Assembly: GCA_002898395.1 (NCBI GenBank)
Contig: BEHE01000016.1
Span: forward strand, 1 to 41,881
DNA from: Candidatus Calditenuaceae archaeon HR02
GTDB lineage: Archaea; Thermoproteota; Nitrososphaeria_A; Caldarchaeales; Calditenuaceae
Reading direction: 5' to 3'
DNA: 41,881 nucleotides
Shown here: piece by piece, positions 19,033 to 27,489 of the stretch
Layout: the number at the start of each line of letters is the position of its first letter
Numbering within the stretch: the first letter of the stretch is position 1
Program-made: the position numbers and the translations under genes
Notes under the pieces: generated by a model
Seen by the model: the letters and a program-made list of their open reading frames with translations, nothing else
Told to the model about the DNA's origin: nothing
The model's database searches: none

Positions 19033-19826
19033 CAGGCCTCCACCAGCTCCCTCGTCTTGGCCTCAATATCGCCAGACCCCATTATGGCGGTGCCGACTAG
19101 GAAGGCCCTGTAGCCGATCCTCCTAAGCCTCCTGATGTCCTCCGCCGTCTCTATCCCGCTCTCAGCCACCAAAACCCTATCGTCGAGGTCAACTCCCATG
19201 ACCGCCTCTTCGTGGACCCTCTTATCCACCCTGAGGCTTGAGAGGTCTCTCGAATTTACGCCGAGAATATCCGCGTCAGTCGCCATCGCTTCTAAAAGCT
19301 CCTCCCTGCCGCAGGCCTCGAGCAGTACTTCAAGGGAGTAGTCCTTAGCCATCCTGATCGCCTGGCTCAGAGCTAGGTCTGTATAGCCTCGCTTGAATGC
19401 CCGGAGGATTAGGAGGACCGCCTGTGCGCCTAGCTGGTGCGCTGCCCGTATCTGCTCTCCGGAGACAACCACGTCCTTCATCAAGATTGGGAGCTTAGAA
19501 GTAGCCCTAACCAGCCTCAGGTCCTCGAGCGAGCCTCCAAACCACTCTCTCGCAGTAAGCACGGAGACTCCGCAGGCCCCGCCCTTCTCCATAGCCATCA
19601 CTGCTGAGTCACTCCTCGCACCAGGATAGATCACCCCGGCACTAGGTGAGGACCTCTTAAACTCCGCTATCACGGCGTTCCCCTTGCAGCTAAGTATCGA
19701 GCGTTTCAGACCACCTGTCGTCGTAAGACTCGCCCCCTCTCTTATGGTCTTATAGTAGCCCTCCGCTACGCGTCTACGCGCCTCCTCGCAGAGTTGCCGC
19801 AAAAAATCACGAGAGCTCCCTGACAT
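19032..19826 (-). CDS. trpC: Indole-3-glycerol phosphate synthase
   Basis: IAEFKRSSPSAG, SVLT, LMKD, GVNSRDL, VAESGI and FLVGTAIM. Start set at ATG 19826, overlapping the trpD stop. Confidence 0.93.
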   Translation of the reverse strand: MSGSSRDFLRQLCEEARRRVAEGYYKTIREGASLTTTGGLKRSILSCKGNAVIAEFKRSSPSAGVIYPGARSDSAVMAMEKGGACGVSVLTAREWFGGSLEDLRLVRATSKLPILMKDVVVSGEQIRAAHQLGAQAVLLILRAFKRGYTDLALSQAIRMAKDYSLEVLLEACGREELLEAMATDADILGVNSRDLSSLRVDKRVHEEAVMGVDLDDRVLVAESGIETAEDIRRLRRIGYRAFLVGTAIMGSGDIEAKTRELVEA

Positions 19827-20886
19827 ACTCTTCAACCCTGCTGGTGTCACCTCCGCTAATCTCCACGGCCCTGTAGAGGGTCTCGAAGGCTTCACCCTCG
19901 AAGATAAGGTCTCGTGCAATCCCTAAGCCCTCCTTCAGACTCGAGCATGCTCCCGCGAGCATTAAAGCTGCCGCAGAGTTCACCAGTATCATCTTCACTC
20001 GTGGGTCGCTGGGGCTTAGGACTCCCCGTAGGATCTTTACTGCGTTCTTGATGGCCTCTTCTCGCGTGTTCACTATGACTGGCTCGAGGCTGGACGGTTT
20101 CATCCCGAGGCTATCCGGCCTCAACACCTCGCACCGAATCTCCCCACCCTCAATCCACACAATTTCCGTCTCCCCGTGAATGGAGACTTCGTCTAGCCCG
20201 TCTTTGGAGCAGACTACTAGCCCCCTCTCCAATCCAAGCCTCGACAGGACTCTAGCCGTCTTGGAGAGGTATCTGGGGTCTGATACGCCGACTAGCATCC
20301 TGCCCACGCCTGCCGGGTTGGTTAGGGGGCCGAGCAGGTTGAAGAATGTCCTGAAGCCAAGCTCCCTCCTTATGGCGGCTACGTTCCTCATCGCGGGGTG
20401 GTAGAGCGGTGCAAACATGAATCCGAAGCCGCACTCGTCGATGCTCCTCCTCACCTCCTCCGGCCCCATGTTTATGTTGACTCCAAGCCCCTCGAGGAGG
20501 TCTGCGCTGCCACAGACACCAGTCGCGGCCCTGTTACCATGCTTGGCGACCTTCACACCCGCAGAGGCCACGACTAGGGAGGAGATCGTGCTAACATTGA
20601 TGGTCTTAACCCGATCCCCCCCTGTCCCGACTATGTCCACCGCGCTCCGCGGGTCTTTAAGCTCAACCTTGACGCAAAGCTCTCTCATAAGCCTCGCCAT
20701 TCCGAGGAGCTCCTCCTCATCCTCGCCCTTGACACGCATCGCAGTCAGAAACGCGGCAACCAACACCTGCGAAGCGCCGCCCGAGACAATCTCCCTTAAG
20801 GCCTCCCCAGCCTCCTCGGCGGACAGACTATACCCCTCCACTAGTCTGGCTAACACACTCTTCAGGACAGACAACCCACCAAACAC
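19807..20886 (-). CDS. trpD: Anthranilate phosphoribosyltransferase
   Basis: DIVGTGGD, NVST, KHGNR, GSADLLE, GPLTNP and GLDE. True start may be TTG 20874. Confidence 0.95.
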   Translation of the reverse strand: MFGGLSVLKSVLARLVEGYSLSAEEAGEALREIVSGGASQVLVAAFLTAMRVKGEDEEELLGMARLMRELCVKVELKDPRSAVDIVGTGGDRVKTINVSTISSLVVASAGVKVAKHGNRAATGVCGSADLLEGLGVNINMGPEEVRRSIDECGFGFMFAPLYHPAMRNVAAIRRELGFRTFFNLLGPLTNPAGVGRMLVGVSDPRYLSKTARVLSRLGLERGLVVCSKDGLDEVSIHGETEIVWIEGGEIRCEVLRPDSLGMKPSSLEPVIVNTREEAIKNAVKILRGVLSPSDPRVKMILVNSAAALMLAGACSSLKEGLGIARDLIFEGEAFETLYRAVEISGGDTSRVEEYVRELS

Positions 20887-20889
20887 CCC

Positions 20890-21008
20890 GGGACTTCCTG
20901 CACGAATAGTGTGGCAGCTGGCAAGTCATCGCCTAATAAGCGGCTACTCCGACCAAACTAAACCACCGGCTACCACGAGTTGAGCAGAGCATCGCGACGC
21001 TATATAAA
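20890..21008 (-). promoter_or_regulatory. trp operon promoter and leader: TATA box, Trp-codon mini-ORF and alternative hairpins
   Basis: TTTATATA at 21008-21001. GTG at 20976 opens MVAGGLVWSE* (stop ends 20944). Inverted repeats 20965-20976/20911-20922 and 20892-20903/20911-20927 overlap. Confidence 0.5.
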
Positions 21009-21115
21009 GATAACTCGATTCTATGGCAGGCCCGCCTTTAAGCTGCTTCTTACACCACTTCAAGGCTCGTCCAGATAGAATGCATAAAAGCCACAGATCG
21101 TGGAGTATCCCTTGA

Positions 21116-21766
21116 ATGAGGCCCCCGTCTTGGCTGATAGTCGTAGTCATTTTGCTCTTCCTGGTCCTCGTCCTCGCGCTTGTTAGGCCACAGCCCGGGA
21201 CGGCCACAACTACGGCCTGGGCGACCACAACTCTGAAACTAGTGGTGGAACAGCCTACAACAGTAACATTCACGGCCATCGAGACTGTAACGTCAACAGT
21301 CACCGTCCATGAGACCGTCGCTCTCAGGCAGGTTGATGCTGTCTGCTTCTCTAGAGTTCAGAGCTGTGATAGCCTGATAGTAGGCCTGATTGATGGTGCC
21401 TCTAGGAGCGTGTATGTAATGATGTATAGCTTCACCTCAGACGAGATAGCCAACGCGCTCATAAGGGCTAAGAATAGGGGCGTGGAGGTAAAGGTGGTTA
21501 TTGAGAGCCAGCAGGCGGGCGTCAGGGGAAGCGAGTACGAACGACTCCTAGGCTCAGAGATTGAGGTCAGGCTGGATGGAAACCCATCCCTGATGCACCA
21601 TAAAGTGATGATAGTTGATGGGGTGATAGTTGTGACGGGCAGCTACAACTGGTCCCGCGCAGCCGAAAACGACAATGACGAAAACCTCATAATCATAAAA
21701 GACCCGTCAATAGCAGCAGCCTATGAGGAGGAGTTCAAACGGGTATGGGCTCAAGCTACGGCTTAA
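21116..21766 (+). CDS. Membrane-anchored phospholipase D-family (Nuc-like) nuclease
   Basis: N-terminal TM, Thr-rich linker, single HKD motif HHKVMIVD, then TGSYNW and NDEN. Confidence 0.9.
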   Translation: MRPPSWLIVVVILLFLVLVLALVRPQPGTATTTAWATTTLKLVVEQPTTVTFTAIETVTSTVTVHETVALRQVDAVCFSRVQSCDSLIVGLIDGASRSVYVMMYSFTSDEIANALIRAKNRGVEVKVVIESQQAGVRGSEYERLLGSEIEVRLDGNPSLMHHKVMIVDGVIVVTGSYNWSRAAENDNDENLIIIKDPSIAAAYEEEFKRVWAQATA

Positions 21767-21858
21767 AACCTCTCCACGACTAATCCACCCTATACTTCAA
21801 CACACCCCTCACCCACAACTTTTAATACCTCCCCACTTTCTTACTCGCGAGAAAAGAT

Positions 21859-21924
21859 ATGGCAAGTAAAAGAAAGTGCGGCAGAGGTAGGAAGAAGAGA
21901 TCAGGAAAGACTCGGAGGAGTTAG
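21859..21924 (+). CDS. Candidate 21-aa highly basic peptide (not in ORF track)
   Basis: MASKRKCGRGRKKRSGKTRRS*, 11 of 21 residues K/R; TTTTAATA at ~21820-21827 upstream. Confidence 0.4.
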   Translation: MASKRKCGRGRKKRSGKTRRS

Positions 21925-22271
21925 AAAGGAGGATACTAAAACAAGGGGGCCCTACCAATGGGTTGGGGCTCCAGCAGAAGGTGCAGCCACCCCCTCGACA
22001 GGAGGGATGGGACTTCACGGGACACCCGGCGGCGAGAGGATATCAACAATCTAATTCTTTATTTTAGTGAAGTATTTTCCCATCCGTCCTTCAGAATTAG
22101 ACAAGCTGAGGTTGGGCCAGCGAGTGGCTCCTCAAGGATGAAGCGGATTAATCCCGCCTTGCATGCTGGCAGGGAGCGTGGGGAAAGCTGCCACAGGCGA
22201 AGACCCTCCACTTTAATTAGATGTGGTAGGGTAGGGTGTGGCTTGTTTGACGGTAGCCTTACCGCCTTCGG

Positions 22272-22475
22272 CTACTTCTTACTCGAGAGCCACCATTCGA
22301 GGTACTCCTCATGCCTCCTCCTCTCCTTCAGCATCTTCTCCTTCTCTGCCTTAGCCTTCTCCCTGTGCTCAACCAGTTCTTGAAGGGTTAGCGCAGCGCC
22401 ACATCTGCCGCAACTGTAGACCTTTTCCATCCTGTCGAAGAAGAGTGTTGAGCCGCAGTATGGACAGGTCCTCAA
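22272..22475 (-). CDS. Small zinc-ribbon protein
   Basis: CPYCG...CGRCG followed by a charged helix ending EYLEWWLSSKK; TATAAATA about 25 nt upstream. Confidence 0.8.
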   Translation of the reverse strand: MRTCPYCGSTLFFDRMEKVYSCGRCGAALTLQELVEHREKAKAEKEKMLKERRRHEEYLEWWLSSKK

Positions 22476-22524
22476 CCACCATATGACGCTTCAGCCTCTA
22501 TTTATAGACGCCCCGCCCACCAGG

Positions 22525-22815
22525 CTATGTGGAGGCGTCATAACCCCCTGCTGCCTCCTCTTCTCTGGGATTACGGTAGGCCCTAAGGACTATGGCCAGG
22601 ATAGTGGCCAAGGCTATGAAAAAGACCGCGACTAGGCCAATGAAGTGTAGTGGGTTTTCGCTGCTTAGGACCAATGGTATTGGGCCAATCAGTATTATGC
22701 CGAAGGATTTTATCCCGGCTTGTGGCACTGCTGTTAATAGCAGGGCCAGCGGCAGTACTATGAGAAGCAGCCCGAAGGCGATCAGTATATAGGCGTAGAC
22801 TGTTCTAGGCCCCAC
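22525..22815 (-). CDS. DUF131/TIGR00304-like membrane protein
   Basis: GIILIGPIPLV motif between TM helices. Confidence 0.8.
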   Translation of the reverse strand: MGPRTVYAYILIAFGLLLIVLPLALLLTAVPQAGIKSFGIILIGPIPLVLSSENPLHFIGLVAVFFIALATILAIVLRAYRNPREEEAAGGYDAST

Positions 22816-22818
22816 GGT

Positions 22819-23070
22819 TCACCACCCCGTAAACCACAGGAAGAGCAGAACCGTCAGTAGGAATATTGCAGCAACTATCGCGGCTACCCTAACACCGCCG
22901 CCCCTCAAGACTATGGGAAGAGGCCCTATCAGGATCACCCCCCAGCCCTTGGCCTCACCACCCCCGCCTCTCGAGCCGGCGAGAAGGAGCATCACTCCGA
23001 CAAATATCAGTAGAAATCCGGCAAACATGGAGAGGGTTAGGAGAAGCACATCGACCGCCGCCACCATCAC
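22819..23070 (-). CDS. DUF131/TIGR00304-like membrane protein, tandem paralogue
   Basis: GWGVILIGPLPIV motif. Confidence 0.8.
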   Translation of the reverse strand: MMVAAVDVLLLTLSMFAGFLLIFVGVMLLLAGSRGGGGEAKGWGVILIGPLPIVLRGGGVRVAAIVAAIFLLTVLLFLWFTGW

Positions 23071-23246
23071 TATAATATGATGTGTGTTGCCGGGGTTTAA
23101 CTTATCATTGTACCGCAGCCCCCCCGGTGTGAAGGGGAAGACCTTTATCCGAAGAGGTTGTGGAGATGGTGGAGGCTGACTCCGTATACCGGTTCATCTG
23201 AGCGGAGAAGGTTTAGGATTAAGCTCCTTTAAACGCTCATATGTAT

Positions 23247-23268
23247 CGTTTACAAGTACACGTAAACG
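23247..23268. promoter_or_regulatory. Palindromic operator candidate upstream of the antitoxin pseudogene
   Basis: CGTTTAC-N8-GTAAACG between TTTAAA (23228-23233) and the GTG at 23280. Confidence 0.5.
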
Positions 23269-23279
23269 GCGATTTATAA

Positions 23280-23462
23280 GTGGCCGAGGTCATCTCTACG
23301 CGTGTACCGGAGGAGGTCGCCGCCGCGTTGAGGGAGATAGAGGAGGATGAGAATGCTGATAGGGCCACAGTGCTTAGAAAGCTTCTGGCGGCCGTGATCT
23401 GGTAGTGGAGGATTCAGAAGGCTCTAAGGCCCGATCGTGAGGAGAAAGTGACATTATGGCGG
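23280..23462 (+). pseudogene. RHH/UPF0175-family antitoxin pseudogene
   Basis: MAEVISTRVPEEVAAALREIEEDENADRATVLRKLLAAVIW*WRIQKALRPDREEKVTLWR, with an in-frame TAG at 23403-23405 and the C-terminus lost. Confidence 0.7.
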
Positions 23463-23479
23463 TGGGTTAGCAGGCTACT

Positions 23480-23797
23480 CTATCTAAGCTTCAGCCTCAG
23501 GATGAAGCGGTAGCCCAGCTCTGTCTCAAGTGAGAGGGAATCGTCCGCTACAGTCTCGACCACGTCTACTACCACGCTACTTGGGTCGAGCGTCACGTCT
23601 AGCGGGGGCCTCAGATATACTGTGACACCCGATTTCTCCCCTATTGCGACATAGTCTCCCACTGGCTTGTGGCAGGTTAGGAAGACGTTGCTATACCCAC
23701 AGCAGCCTGTATCGCCGATTATCATGTGCAGCTCTCCATACTTGGATTTGACCGTCCTTAGAACCTGTTCAGCCTCGACGGTAAGGTTTATGGGCAT
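23480..23797 (-). CDS. DUF779/HesB-like small protein
   Basis: TGCCG and SLSLETELGYRF motifs. Confidence 0.65.
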   Translation of the reverse strand: MPINLTVEAEQVLRTVKSKYGELHMIIGDTGCCGYSNVFLTCHKPVGDYVAIGEKSGVTVYLRPPLDVTLDPSSVVVDVVETVADDSLSLETELGYRFILRLKLR

Positions 23798-23824
23798 CTA
23801 TATTGACTGAGCTTTGTCGAGGCT

Positions 23825-24337
23825 TTAACCCTTGCCGGGCCTCTCAAGGACGATATAGGCTGAGGAGAATCCTACTCTAAACTCGACGATAGTATAGGAA
23901 CTGATCTTCTCCATGAGTTTTCTGAGCTCTCTTCTACGCAGGGAGGTGAAGGGCCAGAGCTTCTGAATTATAGACGTGCGGCCGCCAGGCTTGAGCAGCC
24001 TATATGTCTCGATTACAAATTCCCGCTTGCCTAAAACCCTTTGCAAGACATCCTGTGCTAAAACTGCGTCGAAGCTAGATGTGGCTAGGAAATCGTTGTG
24101 TTCAAGCACGATACTCCTCCTCGCCTCTAGGCCCTTGTTAACTAGGCTCCGCGCCCATGCAGGCGGCTCTGGCTCCCTGTGGAGCAGCACTATGTTTCCG
24201 AGGCCTCCAACAGCCTCGGCTAGAACCTCCAAGACTCGAGCCCCTACATCACCCACCACTAGGAGATTAGATCCAGACATCAGCCTCAAGTCGGATACAA
24301 GCTTCGCGGCATCGACGCTCATCAACACCTGAAACAC
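23825..24337 (-). CDS. Class I SAM methyltransferase-like protein with degenerate motif I
   Basis: SFDAVL and ETYRLLKPGG present; the glycine-rich motif I is eroded (VVGDVGAR). Confidence 0.6.
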   Translation of the reverse strand: MFQVLMSVDAAKLVSDLRLMSGSNLLVVGDVGARVLEVLAEAVGGLGNIVLLHREPEPPAWARSLVNKGLEARRSIVLEHNDFLATSSFDAVLAQDVLQRVLGKREFVIETYRLLKPGGRTSIIQKLWPFTSLRRRELRKLMEKISSYTIVEFRVGFSSAYIVLERPGKG

Positions 24338-24428
24338 CAGCCGACTAATTAATCCTCAACGACTCTGTCTAAGCGGGTGATTGTTAGTGGGGAATCCTTA
24401 ATATCTGTTCGTGGTAATTGGCTGATGG

Positions 24429-25064
24429 ATGCGGAGGCGGCTTTTCTACGCTGTTATCGCATTGGTGGCCGTGTTTACCGTCACTCTGATCACAACTTAC
24501 CAGAATCTGGTGGCCTCTCAGTACAATCCCAAAATCGAGCTCAACCCGACCCCTCTAATCGAATTCCAGCTCACAGACCAGTATGGGCGAGTGTTCAGCC
24601 TGAGTAGCGTGAGGGGAAAGCCCGTATTCCTGTTCTTCGGATACTCTCACTGTCCTGACATCTGTCCCGTCATACTCTACAAGTACGCATACGCATTGAA
24701 GAACCTAGGCCACCAGGCCGACGATATAGCCTTCATCTTCATCACCCAAGACCCCTGGCGCGACACGCCAGAGACACTAAATTCCTGGGTGCGAAATTTC
24801 GATGACAGGATAATCGCCCTCACGGGCTCGCCAGAGCAGTTAGAGCCTATCTGGAAGAAATATAACGTTCCCGTAATTTATACCGACGAGAAGGGCAATA
24901 GAATAGACCCGGCGGAGTACGCTAGAAGTGGAAAACCATACTTTGTCACACATGTAGGATTCGTATTCGTGGCTGATAGAGACCATATAGTGAGGTTTGC
25001 CTTATCAGCCGAGATGCCGCAGGAAGAATACCTCCAGGCCGCAAGATACATTCTTTCGAGGTGA
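24429..25064 (+). CDS. SCO1/SenC copper chaperone
   Basis: N-terminal TM, FQLTDQYG, FGYSHCPDICP (CxxxC), DPWRDT and conserved His in VTH. Confidence 0.92.
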   Translation: MRRRLFYAVIALVAVFTVTLITTYQNLVASQYNPKIELNPTPLIEFQLTDQYGRVFSLSSVRGKPVFLFFGYSHCPDICPVILYKYAYALKNLGHQADDIAFIFITQDPWRDTPETLNSWVRNFDDRIIALTGSPEQLEPIWKKYNVPVIYTDEKGNRIDPAEYARSGKPYFVTHVGFVFVADRDHIVRFALSAEMPQEEYLQAARYILSR

Positions 25065-25073
25065 GGCATAACA

Positions 25074-25610
25074 ATGCACTATCGGCTTATTTTGGCTATT
25101 GCCGTAACAATAGGTATAGCTTATTTTCTGCTCTTCGCATACCTGAGCGGCGGCATCCAATATTTCGAGCTTCCAAGTATTGGCGCAGTAACTCCAACTG
25201 CCGTGTTTGTATACTATGAATCTCAGAGCTATACTGGACCTGGCCTCCAACTCTTCTATGACGAATCGATGATATCGGTGAGGATCCTAGTGGTGCTGTT
25301 GGGTGTGTCTCTTGCACTTCTCGTATCCCTTAATGTTCTTATGCTGTTTAGACTATGGATCCTCGGACAGTTAAAGTCTTGCCTAGTTAGAGGGTCTGGA
25401 ACTGGTTTAGCCGTGCTTCTTTCATCCATCGCCAGCGCTACCTACACTTGTTGCGGCTGGGCTCCAACCGTAGCCATACTAGGCGTGTCCCTAGCATCCA
25501 GCCTAGGCCTAGCCCCAGCCCTAGCCTCGGCTGCACTACTTGCATTCAACGCCGCGATCCTGTACAGGAGGCTCTCCTTTGCACAGAACGTGGCGCTAAG
25601 ACGGCGATAA
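25074..25610 (+). CDS. Membrane protein with intramembrane Cys-Cys motif, operonic with SCO
   Basis: About four TM segments, TYTCCGWAP; 9 nt after the SCO stop. Confidence 0.75.
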   Translation: MHYRLILAIAVTIGIAYFLLFAYLSGGIQYFELPSIGAVTPTAVFVYYESQSYTGPGLQLFYDESMISVRILVVLLGVSLALLVSLNVLMLFRLWILGQLKSCLVRGSGTGLAVLLSSIASATYTCCGWAPTVAILGVSLASSLGLAPALASAALLAFNAAILYRRLSFAQNVALRRR

Positions 25611-25642
25611 CGGGTGGCTAAACATCTCATACCCGTGCGCCT

Positions 25643-26593
25643 TTAGTAGATAGGCTTCATGTAGAGTGCTAAAGCCATGTAGAGGGCGTAGAGTAGGGTG
25701 ATGGGTAGCACGGTTGTGGGTCTTGCCCCTGCTCTTAGGATGGCTGCGAGGGCTAGTGCGGCTGTGGTGTAGATTAGGGCCACTATGGTAGTGGTGTTTG
25801 GCGGTAGGTACATCCCTGTAGCGAAGATTCCGGCCCCCAAAACAAATGTAGACTGTATCAGGTTTTCACCAGATAGGAGGCTGAGCGCCACATCGGCCTT
25901 GCGCCGTAAAGACCAGTAGGCCGCGACCAAGACCTCCTCTAGACACGTCCCGAGAGGTGATAGGAGTAAAGAGTAGGCAAGCGGATCCACACTCGCCACA
26001 ACCTCTTCCATGAATGAGTCGGCTGCGTAAATCATCAGGGCGAGGGATGATGAGACCTGTATCAGCATGAGAGCTATGCTATTGGCCCGTAAGACCCTCT
26101 CTAGGACTGTTCTCGACCCACTCTCCATTAACTCTCCCTCCTCGCGGTAGATCCCCCTAGCCAGCTGCACGTAGAGAATCATGAGCCCAAAAGCTAGGGC
26201 ATATCTGAAGAACAGTTCTGGGAGAAGAAGCAGGGCGAGAATCGACGGTAGGAAGATGGCGGCGAAGAGGAGGTAGTTCCGCGATACGCCCGCATTAACT
26301 GGTCGTCTGTGGTGGGCCAAAACCACTATTGGGGCCCCAACTAAGATAGTTATGGACGGAGCACCTAGGATGCTTCCGGCACCCACCTCGAGATAGGACA
26401 ACCCTCCCTGAATGCGGGATAAAATCGCGATCATGGTCTCGGGGAGCGCTGTAAGGGCCGCGGTTAAGAGCGCACCTGTAGCAAATCTGGTTAGCCCCAG
26501 CCTCACAGCAACCTTCTCAACCCCATCAGCAAAAATGACAGTTGCTAAAACGAGTAGCACGATGTAGGCTGCCGCGCTTAGGGGAGAAACCAA
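25643..26593 (-). CDS. Sodium:calcium exchanger (CaCA/YrbG family)
   Basis: Alpha-repeat motifs TALPE and GTCLEE...GEN; about ten TM segments. Confidence 0.8.
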   Translation of the reverse strand: MVSPLSAAAYIVLLVLATVIFADGVEKVAVRLGLTRFATGALLTAALTALPETMIAILSRIQGGLSYLEVGAGSILGAPSITILVGAPIVVLAHHRRPVNAGVSRNYLLFAAIFLPSILALLLLPELFFRYALAFGLMILYVQLARGIYREEGELMESGSRTVLERVLRANSIALMLIQVSSSLALMIYAADSFMEEVVASVDPLAYSLLLSPLGTCLEEVLVAAYWSLRRKADVALSLLSGENLIQSTFVLGAGIFATGMYLPPNTTTIVALIYTTAALALAAILRAGARPTTVLPITLLYALYMALALYMKPIY

Positions 26594-26654
26594 ACCGTAC
26601 TGAGCGTCTTTACAGGCTTTGAAAATATATACTGTTACTCCTCACCACTACTAC

Positions 26655-27377
26655 CTATGTGTATAGCTTCACTACCACTTTTTTGCACCCTGGCGTGACG
26701 CTAAGTGTGGTCCAGACGCTACGTCTGGAGACCAGCGTAAACAGCCCCGTTGCGTAGGCGCGCTTATCCCTTATCAGGTTGAATATCTCTCTGTGGGGGC
26801 TGTGGGATAGGACGGAGGTTGCGATTAAGAGTATGCTCCTCCCACGCCTAATCAGATTTCTCGGAACCCAGATGCTGTTCTTAACATTTCCACCATCAGA
26901 CCTGTAAGTGATCTCAAGACTCGCACGCCATACAGGCCTGTCCGTAGTAAAGTAGACTTCCGAATTTATCAAGGAGGCGAAATAAGCAGCCATGGGGATT
27001 GCGTGGAGGTCAACGGCTAAGACTGAGTCGATCTTGCTTCCGACGAATTGTCGCAAAATATGAGCCGAGAGAACTTTTATTACATCTGTGTCGTGGCAGA
27101 TCTGGATTCCGTTTTCAATGTCAAGCTCCCCCCCGAAAAATTCTTCTACAATTTCATCATATTTCATCAGTGTGTCAAGCTTCTCAAGAAGGGTTAGAGC
27201 CCTTCGAGAGCTAGGTAGCGTCTTTCCGCTCAAGTATCTTGAAAGTGTGGACGGAGATATACCAAGTATCGCTGATAGCCCCCTATAATTATGCCTGCGC
27301 TTTATGTATCGGAGTGAGTCGAGAGAAGCTTGGTAAACTGCCTGAGCCAAGGGTGTTCGCCGCAACCTGTACGGCAT
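26655..27377 (-). CDS. HTH plus phosphoribosyltransferase-like domain regulator
   Basis: N-terminal HTH (YRGLSAILGISPSTLSRYLSGKTLPS); C-terminal PRT-like fold whose PRPP-binding DD motif is replaced (LLIATSV). Confidence 0.75.
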   Translation of the reverse strand: MPYRLRRTPLAQAVYQASLDSLRYIKRRHNYRGLSAILGISPSTLSRYLSGKTLPSSRRALTLLEKLDTLMKYDEIVEEFFGGELDIENGIQICHDTDVIKVLSAHILRQFVGSKIDSVLAVDLHAIPMAAYFASLINSEVYFTTDRPVWRASLEITYRSDGGNVKNSIWVPRNLIRRGRSILLIATSVLSHSPHREIFNLIRDKRAYATGLFTLVSRRSVWTTLSVTPGCKKVVVKLYT

Positions 27378-27489
27378 GGCGTCGCGAAGCTTATGTGGCT
27401 GCTACCTGTTGATTAATCTTACTGTAGTGCAGTGCTACACGTAATACTTAGAATGCTGTAGATATGATAGAAAAGATTGTGGACATCTT

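Noticed and set aside
19827-19919. N-terminal extension of TrpC
   Set aside because: It lies inside trpD; ATG 19826 gives normal length and coupling.
20933-20992. Alternative trp leader peptide MLCSTRGSRWFSLVGVAAY
   Set aside because: Its ATG is only 8 nt from the TATA box, so it lies upstream of the expected TSS.
21940-22260. SRP RNA, RNase P RNA or TPP riboswitch
   Set aside because: No SRP helix-8 motif, no GAGGAAAGUCC-type RNase P core, and the CTGAG and GGATTAATCC pieces are not ordered or spaced as in a TPP aptamer.
23110-23215. Possible HEPN/toxin gene remnant upstream of the antitoxin pseudogene
   Set aside because: Too short and degenerate (EEVVEMVEADSVYRFI) to support an assignment.
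23403-23405. In-frame TAG as pyrrolysine or readthrough
   Set aside because: The downstream sequence is also degraded and truncated, so simple pseudogenisation explains it.
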